Source: Patescibacteria group bacterium (GTDB lineage Bacteria; Patescibacteriota; Patescibacteriia; JACQRZ01). Taken from it: a DNA stretch of 64,000 bases. Location of the stretch: positions 15,080-79,079 of the forward strand of contig JBBTRI010000004.1 of NCBI GenBank assembly GCA_038065255.1, written 5' to 3'. Under the pieces are notes generated by a model. It did not search any database. It saw only the letters and a program-made list of their open reading frames with translations, and was not told the DNA's origin. Within the stretch, counting starts at the first letter, position 1; the number at the start of each line of letters is the position of its first letter. The translations under genes and the position numbers were made by a program. Positions 48,332-58,119 of the stretch are shown in pieces.

Positions 48332-50002
48332 CTAGCTACTGCAATCATACAAGATTGTGTAGCATGCAGCAATTTAACACCTGAAAAACTTGGTGCGATC
48401 AAACGCAAATCTTTGCGACAATCGCCCCAAAAAATGATAGATAACCATTCATTGTTGCAATGGTATCGACATCTTGTGAAAACAGGCGTTGTGCAAAAAG
48501 CAGAGCATGTTGAATCGGCTCTCCAAATTCATCCTATTCGATCACAATCCGGCATTGCTGTCATTACTCTTCTCACCATGCCGGCAGGATGCCCCGGCAG
48601 ATGCTCGTATTGCCCCACCGAAAGCAGAATGCCAAAAAGCTATGTTGCAACCGAACCGGCTGCAGCCCGCGCACTTACCTTGCAATTTGACCCATACATC
48701 CAAACTGAAAATCGCATCACGACTCTGCGGCACAATGCGCACTCTACAGATAAAATCGAACTTATCATCAAGGGAGGGACGTGGTCTGCATATCCGAAGG
48801 ATTACCGCGAATGGTTTATTCAACAGTGCTTTCAGGCCATGAATGAAACGGGGGTCATGCATCGAGATATCGTCAACGCAAATCCATCTTCTCAATTCAA
48901 TAGATTTTGGGGAGATGAAAAAGATACCTGGTCAATGCAAAAACTTACTGCAGAACAACACATCAACGAAACAGCGCTTAATCGCTGCATTGGTCTGACG
49001 ATTGAAACGCGCCCCGATTGGGTGACCGTTGAAGAGATTGTTCATTTGCGCCAACTTGGATGCACGCGTGTTGAGCTTGGACTTCAAACAACCGATGATG
49101 AAATATTAAAAAATATTAAGCGTGGACATACGGCTGAGCAAACGGCACAGGCGACGAAACTTCTCAAAGATGCCGGTTTTAAAGTGGATCATCACCTTAT
49201 GCCGGGCCTTCCGGGAGCAACGCCCGAGAAAGACTTGGCTGTTGCGAAAGAAGTGTTCGCCTCTGATCACTACCAGCCGGACACCATCAAGCTCTATCCC
49301 TGTGTTATTTTGCCATCTACGGAAATCTACACATGGTACAAGGAGGGTCGTTTTATCCCCTACTCTACGGAAATACTTATACGTCTCCTCGCAGAAATAA
49401 AAGCACTTGTTCCTCCCTATATGCGCGTTGCTCGCGTAATCCGAGATTTTCCTTCTCCGGAAATTGCCGGAGGTAACCTCGTAACAAATCTTCGAGAAAC
49501 AATTCAAAAAACCATGAAAGAGCAGGGACTTCAGTGCACGTGCCTTCGCTGCCGTGAAGTAGGGCATGTCCTTTCGAGATCAGATCTCGCAACTCACGAA
49601 TGGAAACCTGTTTTAAAAATACGGTCATACGCGGCATCTGGGGGAATGGAATATTTCTTAAGCTACGAAAGTGACGATGAAAAAATCGTCTATGCTTTTT
49701 TGCGTATGCGATTCCCTTCACCGGATGCGCATATTCTCTATGAAGCTTTGCCCGAAATTGCACATGCTGCACTGATCCGTGAACTTCATACCTATGGATC
49801 GCTTGTACCGATTGATACCGCTAACCTCAATGCATCTCAACACAGGGGCTTGGGTAAAGCACTCCTCGCTGAAGCTGAAAAAATTGCACGCGAACATAGC
49901 TTCAAAAAAATCGCGGTTATCTCCGGTGTTGGTGTACGAGATTATTACAAAAAACAGGGGTACACACTTGAAGGAACGTATATGGTGAAAATTTTAAAAT
50001 AA
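48311..50002 (+). CDS. Elp3-like radical-SAM / GNAT acetyltransferase (elongator protein 3 homolog)
   Basis: CPGRCSYCPTE (Cx3Cx2C radical SAM cluster) and a C-terminal GNAT motif (QHRGLGKALLAEAEKIA). The start is placed at the ATG at 48311 (MNSEQQQLATAII...). Confidence 0.8.
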   Translation: MNSEQQQLATAIIQDCVACSNLTPEKLGAIKRKSLRQSPQKMIDNHSLLQWYRHLVKTGVVQKAEHVESALQIHPIRSQSGIAVITLLTMPAGCPGRCSYCPTESRMPKSYVATEPAAARALTLQFDPYIQTENRITTLRHNAHSTDKIELIIKGGTWSAYPKDYREWFIQQCFQAMNETGVMHRDIVNANPSSQFNRFWGDEKDTWSMQKLTAEQHINETALNRCIGLTIETRPDWVTVEEIVHLRQLGCTRVELGLQTTDDEILKNIKRGHTAEQTAQATKLLKDAGFKVDHHLMPGLPGATPEKDLAVAKEVFASDHYQPDTIKLYPCVILPSTEIYTWYKEGRFIPYSTEILIRLLAEIKALVPPYMRVARVIRDFPSPEIAGGNLVTNLRETIQKTMKEQGLQCTCLRCREVGHVLSRSDLATHEWKPVLKIRSYAASGGMEYFLSYESDDEKIVYAFLRMRFPSPDAHILYEALPEIAHAALIRELHTYGSLVPIDTANLNASQHRGLGKALLAEAEKIAREHSFKKIAVISGVGVRDYYKKQGYTLEGTYMVKILK

Positions 50003-50046
50003 CGGTAAGAAGAAGTTGATATTAAAAAACGCTCCTTGCGAGAGCG

Positions 50047-51552
50047 TTAGGTGAGAAAAATCGGTTTGAAGAGACTTGCAAGAAGCTCTTTGACTTGTGC
50101 AATCTGTGCCGCACTCAACGTTGTATTACCTTCTTCATCTTTGTCTGGAGGAGCGTCAATAGTATAGATGCGTTCAGGGAGACTCTCCTGCGCCTGCATT
50201 TGTGGAGGGATAGAAGGACGCATGCCAATTGCTTTTTCGACATTATCGGGAAATTTGCCAGGATCGGCAGTTTCATAGAGAAGCGCGAGATGGTGAGTGG
50301 TATTGAATCGGAATCGCTCAAACGCATCCCAGGCAACAGCGCCATGCGGATCGAGAATGAGATTATCTGTTCTATAGGCATTCTTCATCGCCTGATAGCA
50401 CCAGCTGTTCGTTATCCGATAAGCGACAATATCTTTTCCCATTGATTGCAGATCTGGCAACCGAGTAATGATGCCCTTCTCCACCGGCAGGCCGCTTTCT
50501 TCATCCCACCTGTCATACACATGACCGCCATACCAGTCAAACAATCGCGCGAGACCGCTTGGATTGGGTACGATCATCGCTGACGACGGACAATCAACTT
50601 TTGGCTTCACGATATATTTTCCTGTCCGTAAAAATTCTTCAAACGCGCTGTTTTCATTGAGACCGCAGATAATTGCTTCTATCGGCAACCCCGTATCTTT
50701 TGCCATGACTGTTCCCATGAGGTCGCCCATATTCCCCGTAGGAATAACGGAGATCATCGGCTCTCCATTAGCACCCATGCGTGAGTATCCATAGAATGGA
50801 TAGACGGTTTGCGAAAGTTGGCGTCCCAAGCTGATGGAATTTGCAGAAGTGAAGATGTCTTCATCTTTTGAAATATCATAGGCACATTTCTTATCACCCA
50901 TGAGGTATTTCACAAGTTCTTGGCAGATATCGAAGTCTCCATTCACGGCAACTGCAAAAATGTTTTCATGCAACGTCGTCATCTGTCGGCGCTGGCCTTC
51001 ACTGATCGATCCTTGCGGATAGAAGACTACGACGAATGCATTGGACATGCCTTTGAGCGAATCAGCCACGGCACCGCCAGTATCCCCACTCGTAGCAACC
51101 AGGACAATGCGTGTGAGTCCACGTTTGCGCAAGAAATAATTGAGGATGCGTGCATAGAACCGCGCCGCGTAATCTTTGAACGAGCATGTCGGTCCCTTTG
51201 TAAGCCACATGATGTAGAGGCGCTCGCGCACATTTTGTACGGGTGTCGGAATGATAGTCTCATCGTAAGCGTCCCGAAGAAGCGACCCCAGCTCGTCATC
51301 AGATATATGCCACTGCAAATAAGGTTGGAGAACCTCAAAAGCAATTTCTGCATACGTCTGATCCGTCATCTTTTTGATCTTCTTTTTGGACAACTTGGGA
51401 ACATCCTGCCGTCCAAGCATATAGAGTCCATGATTGGACGCCATGCCATTGAGAAGCGCTTCAGGGAAATGCACCCGCTCTGCGTAGTTGTTGGTGCTAT
51501 AGTATTCAATTGGTTTTGCCTTGCTATTTGTCTTCAAACCTGAAAAGGACAT
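50047..51552 (-). CDS. threonine synthase-like PLP-dependent enzyme (long form)
   Basis: GPTCSFKDYAARF (PLP-lysine motif) and TSGDTGGAVAD (phosphate loop), at a size consistent with long-type ThrC. Confidence 0.6.
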   Translation of the reverse strand: MSFSGLKTNSKAKPIEYYSTNNYAERVHFPEALLNGMASNHGLYMLGRQDVPKLSKKKIKKMTDQTYAEIAFEVLQPYLQWHISDDELGSLLRDAYDETIIPTPVQNVRERLYIMWLTKGPTCSFKDYAARFYARILNYFLRKRGLTRIVLVATSGDTGGAVADSLKGMSNAFVVVFYPQGSISEGQRRQMTTLHENIFAVAVNGDFDICQELVKYLMGDKKCAYDISKDEDIFTSANSISLGRQLSQTVYPFYGYSRMGANGEPMISVIPTGNMGDLMGTVMAKDTGLPIEAIICGLNENSAFEEFLRTGKYIVKPKVDCPSSAMIVPNPSGLARLFDWYGGHVYDRWDEESGLPVEKGIITRLPDLQSMGKDIVAYRITNSWCYQAMKNAYRTDNLILDPHGAVAWDAFERFRFNTTHHLALLYETADPGKFPDNVEKAIGMRPSIPPQMQAQESLPERIYTIDAPPDKDEEGNTTLSAAQIAQVKELLASLFKPIFLT

Positions 51553-51770
51553 GGCACTATCTCATCAAAGAATACCGCGCCAGTCAAGCAAGTAAAAATG
51601 TCAGAAAAGTTTCTGACACTGAGGGGCTTGATTTTTCTAAAAAAATCTATAAACTATGCCTATGGGGAAGGGTCTTATGGAGAGACGACTCTGCGGAATA
51701 ATCTTTCCGCTGGCGCCATGCTGCACACCGTTTTTTCTTGGTTTGCCGTGCCGCCACCCCTTTATTTTTT

Positions 51771-52649
51771 TTACCAACTGCTACTCGACCCTCCTCCTCC
51801 CGATGAACCGCCACCAAATCCGCCGAAGCCACCGCCGCCGCCCCATCGATCCCAGCCTCCCCAGGTGCCTCCCGCCCACCACGCAGGATGGTTCCCATGA
51901 TGACTTTGGAAATTTTTTGAAACTGCATAATCAAACAATAGGCCAAAAACAACTACAGCCGGCAACCATAACCATGCGCTCGTAAGTAATGCCGTGATTC
52001 CTCCCGCTACACCTCCGATTACGCCTCCAAGCCACCACGATTTGGTGCGTCCCAAAATACTCGCGATCCACGATAGAAAAAAAATAAGGATAAAGAGTAC
52101 CTCTCCGCCGTATCTCTGAATAATGCCAAACCATGATGAAGTTTTTCGCGATGATGGCGACGGCAAAACCTCTCCCTCTATCGCCTGCATGATGCCCTCC
52201 GCTCCTTTTTGAATCCCTTCTTCATAATTGCCTTGTCGAAACAGTGGACGGACGATATCATCTTGAATATGCTTTGATTCAAGATCTGTCAGAGCGCCTT
52301 CAAGTCCATAACCAACCTCTATACGCATTTTTCTGTCATCGGCAGCAATCAAAAATAAAACACCGTTATTATATTCTTTCTTTCCTATTCCCCATTCGCG
52401 AAAAAGCGTATTCGCATAGTCTTCAATTGCATCACTGCCAAGTGACTGAATAGTAACAACCGCTATTTCATGATTTTTTTCTTTAGCAAAAGTTACGAGC
52501 TGTTGCTCAAGATTCTGTTGAGCTTGCGATGAAAGAAGGTTTGCAAAATCAGATACACTACCCTGCGGTGTACCGGGTGACGTGTATGCATGGGCTAGCG
52601 GCGCAAGAAAACTCCATGCTACTGCAAGTATAATGGCACAGTATCTCAT
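51771..52649 (-). CDS. TPM-domain (YgcG-like) protein with a TM segment and a Gly-rich C-terminal tail
   Basis: A signal peptide, the TPM phosphatase-like domain (VVTIQSLGSDAIEDYANTLFREWGIGKKEYNNGVLFLIAADDRKMRIEVGYGLEG), TM segments, and a GGGGGFGGFGGGSSGGGG tail. Confidence 0.7.
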   Translation of the reverse strand: MRYCAIILAVAWSFLAPLAHAYTSPGTPQGSVSDFANLLSSQAQQNLEQQLVTFAKEKNHEIAVVTIQSLGSDAIEDYANTLFREWGIGKKEYNNGVLFLIAADDRKMRIEVGYGLEGALTDLESKHIQDDIVRPLFRQGNYEEGIQKGAEGIMQAIEGEVLPSPSSRKTSSWFGIIQRYGGEVLFILIFFLSWIASILGRTKSWWLGGVIGGVAGGITALLTSAWLWLPAVVVFGLLFDYAVSKNFQSHHGNHPAWWAGGTWGGWDRWGGGGGFGGFGGGSSGGGGSSSSW

Positions 52650-52650
52650 T

Positions 52651-55600
52651 CTATTTTATATTATCCTGCATCCTTAATATATTTTCGACATCTGCCGCCA
52701 GTTGGCTCAATTTCTGGCCATTCTGTGCAGGCGCCATAGACGACTTTTGCACATTGCTTTCTGCAGGCACGCAATCGGGTTGGCTATAGGAAGGAACATT
52801 GGGATTGCAGATTGTCTTTTGCGTCGGAGCAACTGATTCAGCCGGTCGCTGGACGCATCCCTCCTGCCACACCTTCGGCAGATCCGGATTGCAATACTTC
52901 ACCTCTTGTTTTGGCTGGATAGGAATAATACTTGGTGCGCTTGGCACTACTTCATATCGATCCTTTGGCGTTTCTGAAATAGGATATAATTGCCGGCACT
53001 GGTTGTACATGTATGTTCCTTTTTCCATGGAGGCACAGGGATCGGAAAATACGGTGCCGTTTGTATCTTCGACCTGCTTTTTTGTATCAGGCGGCTGAAT
53101 GAAAATTATATCTTTATCCCCTTTTGCATCATCTCCAACCCGAGAAATGCAATCCTTTTGCCATACCTTCGGCAATTCCGGATCACAATATGATATAATC
53201 AACGATTCTTGTTTTTTACCACTTGAATCATCCGAAGGCGGTGCTGTTTTTTCAGTATCCTGTTTAATACCATATGCCTCTTGGCATTGGCGAAGCATAT
53301 ATCCTTCAAGACCTGAGCATTGAGTTGAAGTTTTTGGAACTTCTTGTTTCTTTCCTTCATCGGGAGGTTGTAAATTATTGGCTTTTTGGCACTGGCGCAG
53401 CATATACCCTTCCAGTCCGCTGCAAGGATTCTGCAATACGCCCTCATCTTTTTTCTGATCATCTTCTTTTTTTTCCTCACCAAGCCCATATGCATTGCGG
53501 CATGTCCGCAAAAGGTATCCCTCAAGCCCCTTGCAGGGATTCAGGAGCGCATCTTCTTTGGGTGGTATGTTCTTTTTCGGCGGGAGAGAACCATTTCCCT
53601 TCTTTGCTATAATATAGACTGTCATAGCAAAATGATTGTCCTGTGTGAGTCGAAGCGTATAGATTCCCGCCGGGATATCAGAGGGTGTGTTAAAATCAAT
53701 AATTGCATTGCCTTCACTGTCTTTTTCGTTCAGATCCACATATGGGCGCTTGAGTATGATAGGATTTTCTTTTCCAAGAAGTTCTTTATTCTCTAGCGTC
53801 AACACGGCCTGCACCCCTCCTTGGAATCCTCTCCATATAAGCGTATCGGTACTTTTCAGTGAAATAAAATATTTTGAAATTACTTTAATATTTGCTGCTA
53901 CAGTCCTGTTTTTTCTATCTGTAATAACCATCCGTATATACTCCACATCAGAATCAATATCCTCTCGTGCACCCCATCCGCTTCCAAACCCAAGTTGCTT
54001 TACTTCGCCACGGTAATCAGTTACCGGCGAAGGCATAGACGTAAAAAAGTTTCCTGATTTTTTCTTATCAATGAGTCTCCCGCCTGTTTTAATCCCTTCA
54101 AATTGAATAGTTAGTTTATCGCGACATGTAAATCCTTGCGCATCAAAAGAAATCGTATACGGACCGGTTTGGTCAATAATCGGAGGGGAAGTAAATGCGA
54201 TAGACGGACTCAAGGAAAGATCGCACAATAACGGAATGGATGTTTTTTCAGATGTGAAAAACTCCTTACCTTGCACATCTGTTGCCGTGACGCCAACTGA
54301 AATTTTTCCGGTTGCAGATGGAGTCCATAAAAAATCGTCAATTGTTTTATCCTTATCATCAATGACATATTTGATAAGCGCATCGGCGCGGGCGGGTGTT
54401 GTCACTTTCAAGGAAAAAGTTCCATCTTTTTTCACGGTAAGGGATTGTGGAAGAGAGATGGGATCAGTATCTGCGCTAAAACGTACGCTGGTAATTTTTG
54501 ACCCGCTTGGAAAATGCATCCCTTTTATTTCAAATTGTACTTTCTGCTTGAGTTGTGCAGGCACTATGATCTTTGGTTTCAATGGTTTGATCTGTTCAAT
54601 CACAATAGCTCCCTCAAGATCATAATACTGAGGTGATGATTTCGCTTCGTTATTTTCAAGCCGGATTGTATAGTTGCCATCAGGAAGCGGCTTGCCATCC
54701 ACAAGATATGGTATTGTCAAAGGAAGAACGTAGTATTGGGCTCCTGAATTTGAACGTTTCAATGGTATGCCATTTTCATAAGCGCCAATGTTACCAAGCA
54801 AGAGATATGCTTTTTCTTTGAACGCACCGCCACTCCCAATCCCGATAGATACCCGCACCTGGTGAGCTGATGGAAATTTTGCTCCCTTCGTCCATATGAC
54901 TCCTTGACTAAAATGCGCACCGCCAAAAAATGCGTTTTCATATTTTCGCGGGACATGCGGACTGAGATACTCTTGCTGTTGAAGAAAATCAGCATCAAGC
55001 CACCCTGATATCTGGATTGGATCTTCCTGAACCGGTATGACTGGCTGTACCGGTGGCGAAGGTTGTGGTGAAGGCGTTCGCACCGGAGCAACGACCTTGA
55101 TAGTAGGTCCTACTTTTTCCCAATCCGTAGGACTCATACGCACGCCGGCAATAACGCTCCGCAAAACGACTTCATAATTCCCCGGTTCACCATTAATGCC
55201 ACCTGTCGTACTTGCCCCGTGATCAAGCCGTGATTGTAAATATGCATAATTTTTATATACTCCATTCTTGCGCAAATAGAGAAAGAGTGACTGATAATTT
55301 TGCGTCGGAAGAGGCCATGTCCGAAACCAAAATGTGGAACCCCTCTGACATGATGCCAGAGACGCTCCTCCGGTCTCGCCTTTCTCGCACAATAATTCGA
55401 GTTCCTTTCCTTGAGCAGTCGGAAGCACTTTCAGTGTTGCGCTCGCAATATCAACAATACATGGCACTCCTTTGCTATAGTTGCACGAACGCTGTGTTAC
55501 TTTAAATGAAAGTTCATATGTGCCTGCCGGCGTTTCGCGCGGCACCACAATATTACCCTTAAACTCACCATTTTGTGTCATGTAGGAAGCCGTAGCTGGA

Positions 55601-55914
55601 GGCAATGGATAAATGCGCGGAATAGGAATGCGCCTGTCGCCAGAAACCAGTACCGCTGATTGATCAATATTCACTGGCGATTGCTTGGTTGATACTGTGA
55701 ATCCATAACCATGCACTATGACAATATCTCCGGGATATGCAATTGCAAACTGCGTGTTATTGCATGGCGGATATATATTCTTAATTGTTTTCTCTATGAC
55801 AGAACCATCGCATTTAAGCTCAAGTGTGCCGCCGGCAGATGCTGTTGTCGCGAAAAGAAAGCTACCTGCAAAAACCCCAGCGACTACTGCAAGTGCGCTG
55901 AAAAAATAACGCAT
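52651..55914 (-). CDS. large secreted/surface protein (1087 aa) with C-terminal tandem cysteine-pair repeats
   Basis: Signal peptide MRYFFSALAVVAGVFAGSFLFATTASA followed by beta-rich regions. The C-terminal third carries three copies of C(K/S)GLEGY(L/M)LR(T/Q)C and two or three copies of YC(D/N)P(D/E)LPKVWQ..C. Confidence 0.6.
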   Translation of the reverse strand: MRYFFSALAVVAGVFAGSFLFATTASAGGTLELKCDGSVIEKTIKNIYPPCNNTQFAIAYPGDIVIVHGYGFTVSTKQSPVNIDQSAVLVSGDRRIPIPRIYPLPPATASYMTQNGEFKGNIVVPRETPAGTYELSFKVTQRSCNYSKGVPCIVDIASATLKVLPTAQGKELELLCEKGETGGASLASCQRGSTFWFRTWPLPTQNYQSLFLYLRKNGVYKNYAYLQSRLDHGASTTGGINGEPGNYEVVLRSVIAGVRMSPTDWEKVGPTIKVVAPVRTPSPQPSPPVQPVIPVQEDPIQISGWLDADFLQQQEYLSPHVPRKYENAFFGGAHFSQGVIWTKGAKFPSAHQVRVSIGIGSGGAFKEKAYLLLGNIGAYENGIPLKRSNSGAQYYVLPLTIPYLVDGKPLPDGNYTIRLENNEAKSSPQYYDLEGAIVIEQIKPLKPKIIVPAQLKQKVQFEIKGMHFPSGSKITSVRFSADTDPISLPQSLTVKKDGTFSLKVTTPARADALIKYVIDDKDKTIDDFLWTPSATGKISVGVTATDVQGKEFFTSEKTSIPLLCDLSLSPSIAFTSPPIIDQTGPYTISFDAQGFTCRDKLTIQFEGIKTGGRLIDKKKSGNFFTSMPSPVTDYRGEVKQLGFGSGWGAREDIDSDVEYIRMVITDRKNRTVAANIKVISKYFISLKSTDTLIWRGFQGGVQAVLTLENKELLGKENPIILKRPYVDLNEKDSEGNAIIDFNTPSDIPAGIYTLRLTQDNHFAMTVYIIAKKGNGSLPPKKNIPPKEDALLNPCKGLEGYLLRTCRNAYGLGEEKKEDDQKKDEGVLQNPCSGLEGYMLRQCQKANNLQPPDEGKKQEVPKTSTQCSGLEGYMLRQCQEAYGIKQDTEKTAPPSDDSSGKKQESLIISYCDPELPKVWQKDCISRVGDDAKGDKDIIFIQPPDTKKQVEDTNGTVFSDPCASMEKGTYMYNQCRQLYPISETPKDRYEVVPSAPSIIPIQPKQEVKYCNPDLPKVWQEGCVQRPAESVAPTQKTICNPNVPSYSQPDCVPAESNVQKSSMAPAQNGQKLSQLAADVENILRMQDNIK

Positions 55915-55938
55915 AGGGATGGGGTGATGAGTAAATAC

Positions 55939-56517
55939 TTACTGCACTGTAAAATCAACCTTTGGAGCATTCTCTGCGCCTTCAGCGGCTTTGAATGATT
56001 CACCAAGTTCAAATTTGAAAAGAGATGCTACGATATTCGACGGAAAGCTTCGTACAGTAAGATTATATATTCGCACTGCTTCGTTAAAATCTCGGCGAGC
56101 AACTGCTACACGATTTTCCGTTCCTTCTAACTGTGTCATGAGGTCGCGATAGGCTTCTGTAGCTTTCAGTTGCGGATAAGCTTCCACCGTTACCAGTAAA
56201 CGTGAAAGTGCGGAGTCGAATCCTCCGGCAGCTTTTACTTGATCATTAACACTTCCGCTCTGCGCCTTTGCCCATGCGCTGCGAGCTTCCACTACGGCAG
56301 TAATAGTGCTTTGTTCAAATTCAGAAGCACCCTTGACGGTATTCACAAGGTTTGGCACAAGGTCAACGCGGCGTTGGTACTGGGTTTGCACATCGGCCCA
56401 TTTGTTCTTCATGCCTTCTTGTCCGGATACAAGGCCATTAAACCCGCCCCAGAACCAGAGCACTACAAGAAGTACTGCGGCGACAACGCCTGCAATCCAC
56501 ATCTGTTTTTTGTTCAT
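55939..56517 (-). CDS. LemA-family protein
   Basis: An N-terminal TM segment and the typical LemA core NGLVSGQEGMKNKWADVQTQYQRRVDLVPNLVNTVKG. Confidence 0.8.
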   Translation of the reverse strand: MNKKQMWIAGVVAAVLLVVLWFWGGFNGLVSGQEGMKNKWADVQTQYQRRVDLVPNLVNTVKGASEFEQSTITAVVEARSAWAKAQSGSVNDQVKAAGGFDSALSRLLVTVEAYPQLKATEAYRDLMTQLEGTENRVAVARRDFNEAVRIYNLTVRSFPSNIVASLFKFELGESFKAAEGAENAPKVDFTVQ

Positions 56518-56526
56518 AGAATGATA

Positions 56527-56757
56527 TTAAGATTCATCTTCGTTATGAGTAGTAAGAGAAAATTTCTTTTTGATATCAATGACTTTATTTTCCACTTCTT
56601 TCAAACGCGACTTGCAAAGGGTTGCGAGCTCCAAGCCTCGTTCAAAAAGCTCTAAGCTTTTATCCAAATCAATGCCGCCTTTTTCAAACTGTGCAACAAT
56701 TGCCTCAAGCTCGTCAAAAAGCTGCTGCAATGTCTGTGATGATTGTTTTTTTATCAT
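56527..56757 (-). CDS. xseB: exodeoxyribonuclease VII small subunit
   Basis: LQQLFDELEAIVAQFEKGGIDLDKSLELFERGLELATLCKSRL, at 76 aa. Confidence 0.75.
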   Translation of the reverse strand: MIKKQSSQTLQQLFDELEAIVAQFEKGGIDLDKSLELFERGLELATLCKSRLKEVENKVIDIKKKFSLTTHNEDES

Positions 56758-56768
56758 AGCTATTGTTA

Positions 56769-58043
56769 TTAAAACAGTTCTTGTTGCTCTGAAAGAATCT
56801 TAGCTTGAGCATCGCCATCACTAAATGAAATGTCGATCTGATCACCGGGTTTTACATCCTTGATTGATGATATCGCAATGCCCTTTCTTTTTATAATGCT
56901 ATACCCTCGCTTAAGAACCGTCAACGGATTAACGGCATTCAGTTGGCGTTCTAGAAACACTTTTCGATCACATAGTGAACGGTAGTGATAATCAATCGCA
57001 GCACTGATTCGCTGCACACTTTCGGTAACTTTTGCACGGGCATTCAATAATGTCTGATGATACACAGATGCGTGTCCATAAAATCCTTGCAAAACGCGTT
57101 GCATATGAGTGATTCGTCCAACGAGAACATGCTCCATACTTCGGATAGATTGCTCATAGCGGCTGCGCTGCCACTCAAGCGTATGTTCCAATGAACGGCT
57201 CAGAAGCGCGGCATCCGCTGACACGGTAGCAAGTAACTCGCTACGATCCGGCACAACCAGCGATGCTGCATGTGTCGGGGTAGCCGCACGCACATCTGCA
57301 GCGTAATCCGCCAACGTTTCATCACGCTCATGCCCCACGCCACACACAATAGGAATGGTTGATCCAAATACTGCCCGCGCAATGCTTTCGGAATTAAACG
57401 CTTGCAAATCCTCAAGACTTCCTCCTCCGCGAATAAGCACAATTACATCAATTCCCTCTTTGACTCCATGTGCATTGAACCAGTCAAAGCTTTGTACGAT
57501 ATCCGTGATTGCTTCGGCGCCCTGCACATGGACATGGGAAAGATAGATTTCAAGTCCGCCGAATCGATTGTGTACAATGCGCATGAAATCCGTGTACGCA
57601 GCGGATTCGCGCGATGCAATGAGACCTATTTTTTTGGGAAAACGCGGCAAGGCTCGCTTGCGTGCGGCATCAAAAATACCCTCCTGCTGCAGCTTTGCTT
57701 TTGTGAGTTCAAATGCGCGCTTGAGAGCTCCTTCTCCTTTTGCTTCCACTCGGTCAACAAAAATACTAAACTTTCCCGTCTTGCCATACACACGGGGAGC
57801 GCCAAAAACAGACACCTGCATGCCGTCCTCAAGTCGTGGAACTTGGTATGCCAACCCGAAGCATTCAACGACACTCTGCTCGTCTTTCAATGTGAAAAAA
57901 ACCCACTTCCCCTGGTTGATTTTATACGAAGCAACTTCGCCTTCGACAGTCACCTTCCTCCTGCCAACGATGCTGTTAATGTATTCAACAAATTGAGTGA
58001 CGGAAAGAGATACTGCATCCTGCTCTTTAATATCATCGTTCAT
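56769..58043 (-). CDS. xseA: exodeoxyribonuclease VII large subunit
   Basis: An N-terminal OB fold (VTVEGEVASYKINQGKWVFFTLKDEQSVVECF), a catalytic core, and a C-terminal helical region. It is adjacent to xseB. Confidence 0.85.
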   Translation of the reverse strand: MNDDIKEQDAVSLSVTQFVEYINSIVGRRKVTVEGEVASYKINQGKWVFFTLKDEQSVVECFGLAYQVPRLEDGMQVSVFGAPRVYGKTGKFSIFVDRVEAKGEGALKRAFELTKAKLQQEGIFDAARKRALPRFPKKIGLIASRESAAYTDFMRIVHNRFGGLEIYLSHVHVQGAEAITDIVQSFDWFNAHGVKEGIDVIVLIRGGGSLEDLQAFNSESIARAVFGSTIPIVCGVGHERDETLADYAADVRAATPTHAASLVVPDRSELLATVSADAALLSRSLEHTLEWQRSRYEQSIRSMEHVLVGRITHMQRVLQGFYGHASVYHQTLLNARAKVTESVQRISAAIDYHYRSLCDRKVFLERQLNAVNPLTVLKRGYSIIKRKGIAISSIKDVKPGDQIDISFSDGDAQAKILSEQQELF

Positions 58044-58119
58044 AGTCTTATAGTATCATCTCGAATACGCGCAAAAGAGTCAATCAAAATTAAAAAAATG
58101 AAAATTAAAAAAACCTCCA

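Noticed and set aside
51553-51770. The 218-bp intergenic region scanned for a tRNA or small RNA (hairpin gtcagaaaagtttctgac at 51596..51614)
   Set aside because: I could not see a cloverleaf, T-loop (GTTCGAATC-like) or anticodon-arm pattern. The hairpin alone is insufficient. No tRNA, rRNA or CRISPR repeats were recognised anywhere in the window.
51598-51900. Pro-rich plus-strand ORF (PPPPDEPPPNPPKPPPP) at 51598..51900
   Set aside because: It is the antisense reading of the Gly-rich C-terminal tail of the TPM-domain gene (51771..52649), an artefact of GGN and CCN complementarity.
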